A stretch of 62,274 bases of DNA, filler included, from Sphacelaria rigidula (taxonomy: Eukaryota): NCBI GenBank assembly GCA_964200075.2. It is 6 parts of 6 records of this genome, joined end to end, with 100 filler letters (N's around TTAATTAATTAA, not from the genome) between each part and the next. Parts side by side here need not be neighbours in the genome. Positions count along the whole stretch, not along the records: positions 41,586 to 51,880 come from CAXNAA020006771.1; positions 51,981 to 62,274 come from CAXNAA020006772.1; 4 more parts are not named here. One strand, written 5' to 3'. Below, piece after piece: positions 47,801 through 57,688 of this stretch. The stretch's first letter is position 1. Each line of letters begins with the position of its first letter. The translations under genes were made by a program, and so were the position numbers. The notes beneath the pieces were generated by a model, which did not search any database, was not told where the DNA came from, and saw only the letters and a list, made by a program, of their open reading frames with translations.

Positions 47801-50800
47801 GAGAACATCACGGAAACACTCATCAAAGAAAAAAAACAGAAGAGTAAGATGGACCAACAGAGTAGCTACGGGCGAGCAGTTATTTTCAAATAAGCCATTG
47901 TTAGTACCATGTAAAAGCGTAAATTCCTAGAACTGCCCTTGTAGGAAACCAATTTCTCGCAGTGGCGACACCAGTGAGATATGCCGTATGCTCGATGAAC
48001 AGGAGGTACCGGGCCCAACTCCCGGTTTCAACCGAAAGTGACGGGAAAGTCGAGCGGAGACAAAAGAAAAGTCGTGGAAGTAGCGGGGGACGTTGGAAGC
48101 AGATTTCAGTCCAAAGGGAGACTGTTGAGCTTGGAAACCCCAGCACACCTGGAAAATATATATGAACAAATCTTTACATCGTCTCATTGATATCGGAACG
48201 ATTTCTACTGCAAACACAGTTAAAACAGTCCTCTTCTCGTAAGTATGATGTACGAAGAGGTTCACAGAGGGAAGGGGGGGCGGTATAGTCATGATTTTGC
48301 ATGCCGCAGTAGTGAGACCAGGTGATGCGGGGTACCACGACATGGGGGAGGGGGGAATTTTCCACACACGTGTCCGTCGTGTAATCACCCTTTCCTATTG
48401 TGTTTGAATTCGTTTGATTTCGGCGATTGCAGGGGTGGACAAGCCTTTACGTGAACGAACCCGGAGAGGTGCTGGCCTGGTGCACGCACCAGCCGTCCAG
48501 CCTCACGTGGCGTATCAAGCAGGTGCTACGTTGGCACCAGGGTGCCGTGCAAATCTTGCTGTTCAAGGGCATCCGCTACACCAGCTTCGGCGGGTCATTC
48601 CCCACCTTCTGGCACAGGATTTACGCATTTGATCAGGCCACGTACTACCTACAGGTGATGCATTGATTCACCACAAGCGCTCATTTTCGTTGAGGGTTTT
48701 GTTTTCGCCGTGTTCCCGTATCTTGATGAAACCGGACGTGAACGCGTTCGTGCAGGTCACCACGTACTGTATTCAGGGAATTCGAAGATGTCATGGAGGA
48801 TGGTGTTGCATCGCCATAAATACTCGATGTTGTTGATGTTCACGGTGTTCACTTACCTTGCAGTCTGTATGGTGATATATTCTTACGTGATACCATCAAC
48901 GCTTTTTTTTTGTTCCACCCCTTCTTTTTGTTTATATAACAGGCTATTCCGGGATACATGCTTCTCATCATGCCCATCATCTACGGTGTCACCGGTGTGC
49001 CCCCTTTCGTCACAAGGTAACCTTGCCCCCTCCCTCTCTCGCCCCTTTTTTTTTCAGTTTTCTAGTTCCTCAGCGAGTTTCCGTTTTGTTCACGTTGGGT
49101 CCGCCCATCTTGTGAACACGGCTGGGTATTGCGGGATCGGTTAATATGTGACAATCGATCGAATGAAATCAATAAGACGCATTTTCGAAGTTCTTGCGGC
49201 GATGTTTATCTATATTCACAAGGAAAATAAAAAAATGAAAAATGAAAAATAAAAAAGGGGATCTAGAACTGCGTCGGCGGCCGGCGGTATAAATTCAGTC
49301 GAAGCTTGCAACGTGACATTTTCTCCTCTTTGTTCGATGTTCTGTGCGTGTTATTATTCATGTGTCACAAAACAGGCTGGACACGTACTTCCAGTTTTTC
49401 ATGCCCTTCATCGTGACGGCACTGCTGCCCACCGCCATTTCCAGCCAGTGGAGAAAGATCGACTCTCACCGACTTACCCGTGATGAGCAGACGTGGCTCT
49501 CCACTACCTACGTGCAGATCTACGCCTTCCTGCAGGTGGGTGATACAGAAAAAAACCGGGAACGACACGGTTTGGGCACGTTGAAAATATTCCAGTGATG
49601 GTGGTGGTGACGGTCAGAGTGATGCACGACTTCCGTCTGTGGGAAGTTCGGTTGCCATTTCCGATGCGATGGGTGTCTTCCTCGATCTGATTTCCATCGT
49701 CAGGAGTGTGATGGAGCGAACATGCAAAAAGCAGTCGAGTGCGAGCGTTTCCGTGGTACGGATGAGAGCTGATCCGATCCGGGAGACCGAAATGCAAGGC
49801 GTGCTCTGAAAGAGATTTGGGTTGGTTCGACGAGATCACGGACTCGCCGAGGAAGGGGCGGGGGGGAGTAGCGCGTACTCATCTGTTGCTTGCCTTGGTC
49901 GTTTGACCATTGACCACACCCCCCGTTGGAGATGGAGCATACGGGGGGAGGTTGGGTTGTAATACAAAAATAAAATAAAATGTCGCTCGAGAAAGCATGT
50001 ACCTATATATTGCATCACTTGCGAGATAAAATAACTTGCGTTCTTCCCGAGTTCCCAAACCTGTAACTGATCACGTTATCGACATGTTCTCCCTTTGATC
50101 AGTTTTCAAGGCCGATTTGTGGCGCATGGTCAAGCGAGGAGGGTTGAAGAAAATCGCTCACAGTGAGCAATATGCAACACATCCTCGTCTCTGTGTGGTG
50201 GAGTAAGTTGAAATCGTCACGACAGCTCGGATTTTTCCAAAGCCAGTTTTTCACAGATAAGTGTGCGTCTACTTTTTTGTGTCCTCTTGTGATGCGTTTA
50301 TTTCTGTCTCTCAATGTGCCTTTTAAAGGTGTTCTGGACTGCCATGACCAGGAAAAACGCTGAAAACGCGTGGGTCGCCAAGGTTCCCACTTGGCCCCTC
50401 ACCGTGGTATTCATAGGCCAAGTGGCGGGTGTTGCTGGAGGAGCTTACTGGGTCATTGAAAAATGTGAGTTGGGAACGTCTTGAGTGAAGGGAATGAAAC
50501 GTGGTTCTTGTGCTTGTCATGGGCCTGCAGCTTCGTGATGGAGGATGTTATTCTGCTGTCAGTAGTCATCTGGAAATTGTCGTTCTGATGTTGAGTATGT
50601 CTTTTCATACTGATTTATTCGTCACTCCTCGACTCCTCCCCTTCTTCGGGATGGAGTCCGTGGTCTCGGGGTATCAACTCACCGCTCTCCTCCCTCCGTA
50701 TTGCAGCCGGTGATCGTAGTAAACGTTACTTGCATGGTGTGTATACGTACAATTGTATCGCGGTATACAGCGGTCGCCCCGGTGGCTCAGTTGGTAACCT

Positions 50801-51383
50801 CGAAACCTTCTGGTGGTTGGGTCGTCGGTTCAGATCTCGGTGCGATCTGGGATTTTTTCCCACACCATGCCCAACAGCAGCGGGGAGCGACCATGTCGTT
50901 GGTACATCAAATTCAACTTCACGGTCGACAATGGAAAGGAACTGCCGTACCCCTCCCGCGATTTCACAAAAAAAATGAGAGGCAAGCACCGCAGGAGGAA
51001 GGTAGAGTACTAAGACAAACAAAAAAGAAGTATACCCCCGGGTCGACATTCCTCCTACGTGACCCCGGCTGGTGCGTCCACATAGACCGGCGTCCAGAAT
51101 AGGTGGGACGATAACACACACATATCGTGACACCAAAATCCTGTCTCATTTCCGATAGGAAATTCAGACGAAAAAATCGCGGTTGAAGTGAAAACGGCGG
51201 GATTTTTCCCACTCTCTATTATTCTGCTCGCGCATATTGTAATTTTACCCTCCATCAGCTTTCGTGAAGTGGTACGCCAACTTCTTCAGTATCCTTGTGG
51301 TATGCGGATTGGCCATGCACGCGCTGTGGCCCATGGTGTCTCTCAGCCTCGGGTGGAGCATCCCGTCCTTCTACTACATCAAG
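41887..51383 (+). CDS. CESA: Cellulose synthase / cellulose synthase-like processive GT2 glycosyltransferase (partial, 13 exons, 666 codons)
   Basis: GT-AG exons in continuous frame: 41887-41939, 42210-42435 (VAVLLPTAGE...VVVLDE), 43195-43308, 43663-43924, 44676-44820 (YYSRK...PKAGNM), 45557-45746 (VLVNDARHQLEANFLQRTVPYF), 46865-46942 (IAFVQTPQRF..DPLGN), 47355-47567 (GKDG..SSSGQGSLWRIEAL...GFRSEMLIEDTHTS), 48433-48654 (GWTSLY...QVLRWHQG), then 48943-49016, 49376-49535, 50329-50464 and 51259-51383 (hydrophobic TM segments). No start or stop found in the contig. The symbol denotes the family; cellulose product is not demonstrated. Confidence 0.93.
44845..45078. mobile_element. Small MITE-like inverted-repeat element in a CESA intron
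   Basis: CATATTGGGAAATGGCTGCACCATCG (~44850-44875) is inverted at CGGTGGTGCAGCCATTTCCCGATATG (~45045-45070). Confidence 0.7.
46424..46628. mobile_element. 205-bp MITE with ~48-bp TIRs and imperfect 8-bp TSD, in a CESA intron
   Basis: CAAGGGCAGGTCGAGTAGCGTATACTCGAATGCGGGGTATTTTGAAAG versus CTTTCAAAATACCCCGCAATTGAGTATACTCTACTCGACCTACCCTTG; flanks GAAACGTG and AAAACGTT. Confidence 0.85.
50769..51122 (+). mobile_element. tRNA-derived SINE family 1, full-length, in a CESA intron
   Basis: Box A TGGCTCAGTTGG, box B GGTTCAGATC, ~350-bp body and (CA)n tail; colinear with 57330-57688. Confidence 0.8.
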
Positions 51384-51880
51384 GTCAGTCGTTGGTACGC
51401 GTGTGGAATGTGTGTAGATGATCACTGTTGTTCTTCCTTGTTTTCGTCTCTTGCTTTTGGTACTCATGGCGAGCCCTTCAAAAGTTGACATGATGAATTT
51501 CGCGTCAAGCATGTCCCGTGATCCTTGTCCCCTAGACGACTTCAATCAGGACCATTTCCCACGACCAACGGCTTGCTTGCTGTCTGGTCTCATCAAAAAC
51601 TAACCCTCTTTCAACTATTTTTTCGCCGTTTTCTTCTGCTTGTGTCCCTCGTGGTCATGGACTGCACCGAGGTTGGTCTTCTTTCCCCAACATGTGAAAG
51701 AACATGAATGTTGGCAGGGGTCGTTTCAAGTTTGTCATTTCCCTCCTTCCCCTGATCCGACAGAGTTTTGTCATGTACCAATGCCGCCGCATGGAAGATC
51801 CGAAAAATTATATCCCAGTGAGGCCACTTCTTATAATGGACAAAAAAAAACCTGGAAAAGTGTCTTTTTGGAGCTTTTAC

Positions 51881-51980
51881 NNNNNNNNNNNNNNNNNNNN
51901 NNNNNNNNNNNNNNNNNNNNNNNNTTAATTAATTAANNNNNNNNNNNNNNNNNNNNNNNNNNNNNNNNNNNNNNNNNNNN
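51881..51980. other. Artificial 100-bp contig linker
   Basis: N run with TTAATTAATTAA. Confidence 0.98.
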
Positions 51981-52515
51981 GAGTCGAATTAATGATACTA
52001 AAACCAAGTAATTTCCAGACGAATCATTATTCGTCCGACCCTTATTCTTTTTTTGTAAATCCCGTTCACTGGCGGGTTACGGGGTACACAACCACTGATC
52101 AATGGAAACACCTACCATGAGCAGCAACGTAGACGTCAGAATGGATCAACCCCAGACAAAAATGGTGGCTCGAGTGGGGGCGGTAAATCTGCGCCGCCAG
52201 GGGGTCGAGTAGCAAGGTGCGGGTCATCGACGTTGATGGCGATCGTATCCGAGTTCATGTTTTGTCGGGTACGGTTTATTGACTACACGGAGTGTTTTTC
52301 CGAGTATTACCTGCACCCGGGTGTCCTGTAACTTATGTAAGACTTTCATGGTATTGGAAATGTGCGTTGTTTGTGTACAGAAATAGAGTGTTCAACAGCA
52401 AACAGACAGGAACAGCGGTTCAACTCGTGAACATAGCTCTACTAACAGGAGAGCTTGCAGAGATTGCACAGTGTTGATGAAACACTTGCCTCGTGCGGTG
52501 AAAGAAACGAAGATG

Positions 52516-52625
52516 CACGGATGGCCACTGGGGTGCCTGCAACCTCAAATTTGGACGTTACAGACGTTGCACAACGTCTGTAACGTCCAAATTTGAGGTT
52601 GCAGGCACCCCAGTGGCCATCCGTG
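52516..52625. mobile_element. 110-bp hairpin MITE, copy 1 (TG flanks)
   Basis: Near-perfect palindrome CACGGATGGCCACTGGGGTGCCTGCAACCTCAAATTTGGACGTTACAGACGTTG-CA-reverse complement. Confidence 0.93.
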
Positions 52626-52868
52626 TGATATTCATGCGGCGTTTCACGTGACCGAACAGAACCAAACCGTCTCTACTCTCTACAGTAGACCGACGTCGAG
52701 CTGGTGGGAATTTTTGACGTGGTTGGCTTTGGGAAAAAAAAGCGTCGGACTATGTCGATCTCTTGACAACACTCTTGGATACTATGGAACCGTTTATTCA
52801 TTATGCTAATAATGTCAATTCCTTAGACTCTACGTACCAAAATCTTCCTTATTCCGACAAAAATGCTG

Positions 52869-52978
52869 CACGGGTGGCCAGTGGGGTGCCTGCAACCTCA
52901 AATTTGGACGTTACAGACCCTGCACAAAGGATGTAACGTCCAAATTTGAGGTTGCAGGGACCCCACTGGCCACCCGTG
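52869..52978. mobile_element. 110-bp hairpin MITE, copy 2 (TG flanks; empty site present in the 5' LTR)
   Basis: Same family. AAAATGC-TG-[element]-TG-ACTTTCT versus the empty AAAATGC-TG-ACTTTCT at 57152-57167. Confidence 0.93.
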
Positions 52979-53167
52979 TGACTTTCTATGTACGATCTTC
53001 GCATTATTGAGCTATTTCTCTGGACCTCTTCCTTCGGCGACGATGTGTATCACTGATGCTGAAGCGTCATTGATACTGCCGCTTAAGTTGATAATTATTC
53101 GGGATAGTTATTTCTTGAATCCCAACACGCCCTTCGAAATGACGTTTCGAAAATATGTAAGAAAAAA

Positions 53168-53585
53168 CAGGGGATTCTCGAAAATGGGGTTGAAAAAAAT
53201 GAGGCTCAACTCAAAAGCCGTGCTTTCCCTGACCTAAATTCATGACAAATGACTTTCATACGGACGACCTCATCCCTCCCGACCTCCCGAAACCTATTTC
53301 GGGGGATTTTTACCCCTCCGTTCCCCCAAAGGTTATGTGCGAAATCACACTTTCGCCTCGATTTCGGGGTGATAAAAACACTTTTTTTGGCCAAGAAATC
53401 GCGCTCGCACATACCCTTTGGGGAACGGAGGGCTACAATGGAAATCACCCGAAATACTTTCAGGCAGGTCGGGAGGGATGGGGTCGTCCATATGAAAGTC
53501 ATTTGTCGTGAAATCAGGTCAGGGAAAGCACAGCTTTTGAGTTGAACCTCGTTTTGTTTTCAACCCCATTTTCGAGAATCCTGTG
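53168..53585. mobile_element. ~420-bp MITE with ~135-bp TIRs (diverged relative at ~58200-58600)
   Basis: GGATTCTCGAAAATGGGGTTGAAAA...CAACTCAAAAGC.GTGCTTTCCCTGACCT...CATCCCTCCCGACCT is inverted at ~53450-53585. Confidence 0.88.
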
Positions 53586-53687
53586 CTATAAGAAAAAATC
53601 ACAGTCATTCTTATCCATGTATACTGTCCTTTACTCTAACTACATTGTACTTTATTCTGCCTTACTGGCCCTCACTGTACTTTGCTG

Positions 53688-53774
53688 CATGGGTGGCCAC
53701 TGGGGTGCCTGTAACATCAAATTCAGACGTTGCAGTCGAATTTGAGGGTACAGGCACCCCAGTGGCCACCAGTG
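53688..53774. mobile_element. Hairpin MITE, copy 3 (87 bp, TG flanks)
   Basis: CATGGGTGGCCACTGGGGTGCCTGT...ACAGGCACCCCAGTGGCCACCAGTG. Confidence 0.88.
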
Positions 53775-54325
53775 TGCACTTCACTATCTACTCAAATATT
53801 CCTCCGTGATAAAAGAACTGAATATTCGTGTCTACTAGGCTCACTGAGCCACTCTCCGTTGACGCTGTTGAAGCTGCTGTCCTCGGTTCTTTCTCCTCAC
53901 TCGACCGTCGTTGTTACACTACTACACTGTGTAGTTGATGGTGCTTGTTCTCCACAATTCACTACTCCTTGCCTTAATCCGAAAATATTAGTTGGTAATT
54001 TATATTCCTGCCGCGCCTTGATGTCGATGTTGATGCCGTTGTCTATAAGGTTCAAGTTCTTCTCGGAGTCGTCATTTGTCCGTATTTCCTTGCTGGTGGA
54101 TATTGACAATCTTCTTGTTTGCGTTACTCGGAATAGTTAGGAAGTTATACATCTTCGCGGCTGTATCTAGTCTATTTTCCGTACAGATGTATTATTATTA
54201 TACCGTTCATGTACACAGGTGTTCTTACCAATTTACCGTTCAGGTATGCAGGTGACTGAAGTGATCTTCTCTCACGACATGTGTTTTTAGATAAACATCG
54301 GTCTTATGCCGGACCTGTTTACGTA

Positions 54326-54479
54326 CACGGGTGGCCACTGGGGTGCCTTCAACCTCAAATTTGGACCTTACAGACGTTGCACTAGGGTGCTTTCAATCTC
54401 AAATTTGGACGTTACAGACGTTGTGCAACGTCTGTAAGGTCCAAATTTGAGGTTGAAAGCACCCCAGTGGCCACCCGTG
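54326..54479. mobile_element. Hairpin MITE, copy 4 (154 bp, internal duplication, TA flanks)
   Basis: TA-CACGGGTGGCCACTGGGGTGC...GCACCCCAGTGGCCACCCGTG-TA. Confidence 0.9.
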
Positions 54480-54859
54480 TAGTGATGTATCTACACTCTT
54501 GATTCTGAGTACCCCCTTTACTATACGCTTCCTTATGTCGTAAAAAAGATAACTGCTGTTGTTGCTGCTTCTTCTGTGCTGACGAGCATGATTGCTTTTC
54601 TTCCATGTAAATGTATATCTACTCTTATTCTGATTCACTGTCTCAGGCTTATTCGTTGATAGCCTACATTTATTACTCTTCTTCTGCCTTTTACTTTGGA
54701 AAATCAATCTCCGTCTACTTTTATTGGTCTTTCACGGATTAACAGAGCTGCGCATACGCTCATTGGTTTTCTTGATACTCATGTGGTTGTTAGCGCTGAA
54801 CTACTCAAGTTATTATCATGGATGGCTTTCATACTTACAACCCTCAGTAAGCCATTACA

Positions 54860-56405
54860 ATCAACATCCATTGGCATTTTGAAATTTCCCAAGTCCAGAT
54901 ATGTGGATCTGCCGGAAAATTGTACCCTCACCCTTCTTAGAGTGCTTCGCAAGGCAAAAATACATGTTTCCCAAGTTGGATACCAATATGGCTGGCAAAC
55001 ATATAGACTGCTCACAATCATGGGTATCTGTCAATATCATGGGTATCACTCCCTAGCCTGTTTCTTCTATGTAGGTGTCCTTCTGCTTTTGGGAGAGTCG
55101 TTGAAGGACTAAACTCAACATCATTTTTATTTGACATTTCCCGCTCAATATCAGGTCATGGTTTACTATCAACGAAGTGGATGGTTGCATCTGAAACGAT
55201 CACTACTGAAATTGGAGTTGGCATGCTTTTTCTCTACTGTGGTTATCCACCCATATGTGAGAAAGGTAAATAATGTCCCATCCGTCGTCGAATTATCTAT
55301 CGCTGGTGCCGAAGATGTACATGCATGTAGAACTTGTGCGCTTGGAGGCTCAGAAGTTGTACTCGTGTTGAGGGTATATGTGCTTGCTTGCTGATGTGGA
55401 TGCATGGCGTTGCTGTTATGCTCGACATTGCTATCACTACTCCCTATGCATTCGTTTCCATTTTTACTTTTATACCCCGTATTATCATGGTTGGTCGTTG
55501 TGTGCAACTTACCCAATCTTGTTTGTCTACTACTATCATTAGACTGTTGTCTCCACCTGCAGTCACGCATACAATGACATATCTTACCGCAAGTGAAACA
55601 CTTTACTTGAGGTCTTGTTTTCTTGCCAGAATACTCTACAGACGATGCTGCGATTATAGCTCTATCTCTACCATGTGACGCTCCACTCGAAACACCACGT
55701 GCTATTCGGTTCACATGTATATTACGCGTCGTTGACTTAATCTCCTTCAAATTACGTTCAGGGTCACGCTCTGCGTTGCACTTAATTTGTATGTACTTGT
55801 CAGGTAATCCTTCATCACTTTATTAGTTGAACGTTTGTTTGATACGACCCCCGCCATGCGTACCAACTGGTCGCGATATTGATACACCTGTGTCAAAAAT
55901 ATACCGGGATCTCCACCCTGGCACATATTTGGGACATTTCACCGGCTCATTAAAGCCCGACGTCTGTGTTTGGGTAAGGTCTGGTATTTGTCTACTGAAA
56001 CATCTCAAGCTCATTTAACATCGGGTCTTGATGGGCCTCGCGGTTCAAATCGTAAAAAATAACTTGCGGCGGGACCCGTGGAAGTCAGGTGTAATACATG
56101 AAACAACACTTCATCATTGCGATCGAAATAAGCTATTTCTTGTGCATTGCTAACTATTCTTACATGGGTATCTGTACGTTCTGTTGTTTCAGCTTTGGGA
56201 TCCTGACTTGGTGAGACAGCTACTTCTGCTGTCCACGTCTCCGCTGAAGATGCTTCTGTTCCCGCTTCCACTGTAAGACGTTTCCAGGGCGCGAAGCTAT
56301 AGGACTTACTCTCGAAGCGCTTCAAGCAATAAGCTGCGGAATTTCTACATCTTGTCGGACCTAAGCTCATAAACTTCTTCGGGACGATTTCTGCCGTAGA
56401 TCATT
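54860..56405 (-). pseudogene. gag: Copia gag (CCHC zinc knuckle) and aspartic protease remnants
   Basis: LHLTSTGPAASYFLRFEPRG...GLPDKYIQIKCNAERDPERNLKEIKSTTRNIHVNR...VKCFTCGKICHCMRDCR (CX2CX4HX4C). Frameshifted VIVSDATIHFVD (degenerate DSGA) and LVSNLGNMYF (VPxLxxNLxS-like). Many stops. Confidence 0.8.
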
Positions 56406-57329
56406 TCCGGAATACCCGGATGTGTTCGTTAAACTACTGCCCGAACGGACTGTTTCTAACCGAGGAAGTATATCCCGTGACTCTTACCAAGACTCGGTAT
56501 GGCTTCAGCAACGGATGACGCTCCAGATGAATTGATCCGATACAAGATGTATTAATTCTGTTTCAATCTCAACTTGTCTTCATCTCTGGTTTGCCCACCT
56601 CTTCTTGACGGAACTATTCTATCCACGCCTTAATTCTTCTTCGCGTCCACGCGGATCGACGGGACGACCACGCTAGTTCCTTGATGCAGCTTGACGTCTT
56701 CGATGGGACGTCCCCGCGCTGGTGAAGAAAATTACGGTACTGTTCTATAGTCACGTATCGAGGCTCACAACCTATGGGAAACATGACTTGTTTTTGTACA
56801 GAAGTGCAGTATGATCAACAGCAAAGAAGGGGAACAGCGGTTCAACTCGTGAACCTAGCTCAAATAGAGCTCGCAGGGGATACAGTGTCGGTGAAACACT
56901 TGCTTTGTGCGGCAAAAGGAAAGATTACGGTTCCCCCTTGGCGCTTCACTTCGCCGAACAGATTCAAACACAATCAGTCTCTTCTCTACAGAAAACCGAT
57001 GACAAGTTGGTAGGCCTGCTTGAGGTGGGTGGCTTCCGAAAGTAAAAGCGTAGGGCGTCATTTGTTGACAACGCTGTTGGATACTAAAAAACCGTTCATC
57101 CAAACTGTTGATACCTTAAACTATACGTACCGAATTCTTCATTGTCTTGGCAAAATGCTGACTTTCTGTATAGAACCTTTGCATTACTGAGCCATGGCTC
57201 TTACTATCTTACTTGAATTACGATCTTTTCTACCGGTGTTGAACCGTAAATGGTTTTACCGCTAGAGTTGAGTGTGTGTTCGGGGCAATTATGTCCTAAA
57301 TCCCAACATTTAATACCCCTACCCGATGT

Positions 57330-57688
57330 CCGGTCGCCCCGGTGTCTAAGTTGGTAACCTCGACACCTTCTGACGGTTGGGTCGTAGGTTCAAATCTCGG
57401 AGCGATCTGGGATTTTGTCCTACACAATGCTCAACAGTGGAGAGCGACTTTGTCGTGGGTGGACAAAACTCGACTGACAGTCGACGAGGGAGGGGGACTG
57501 CTGAACCCCTCTCGCGATGAAAAAAAGGCAAGCACCGCAAAAAAAAGGTGGAGAACTGCAAACATGAAATAAAAAACCCCTGCGTTGGCCTTCTTCCTGT
57601 GTGACTCCGGGTGGTGCGCTCCCACATGTACCGAAAGATGTAGACCGGCGTCCAGAAGAGATGAGACAACAACACACCCACACAACAC
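57330..57688 (+). mobile_element. tRNA-derived SINE family 1, full-length
   Basis: Colinear with 50769-51122, CA-rich tail, possible TSD ACCCGAT (57321-57327 and 57689-57695). Confidence 0.8.

Larger units (their letters stand above)
52352..57308 (-). mobile_element. Degenerate Ty1/Copia LTR retrotransposon lacking recognisable integrase and RT
   Basis: Diverged direct repeats 52352-53127 (3' LTR, with two MITE inserts) and 56773-57308 (5' LTR), both ending AATCCCAACA on the plus strand. PBS-like GGTTGTGAGCCT (56772-56761), PPT-like TTCGAAGGGCG (53138-53128), and gag/protease remnants between them. No TSD found. Confidence 0.8.
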
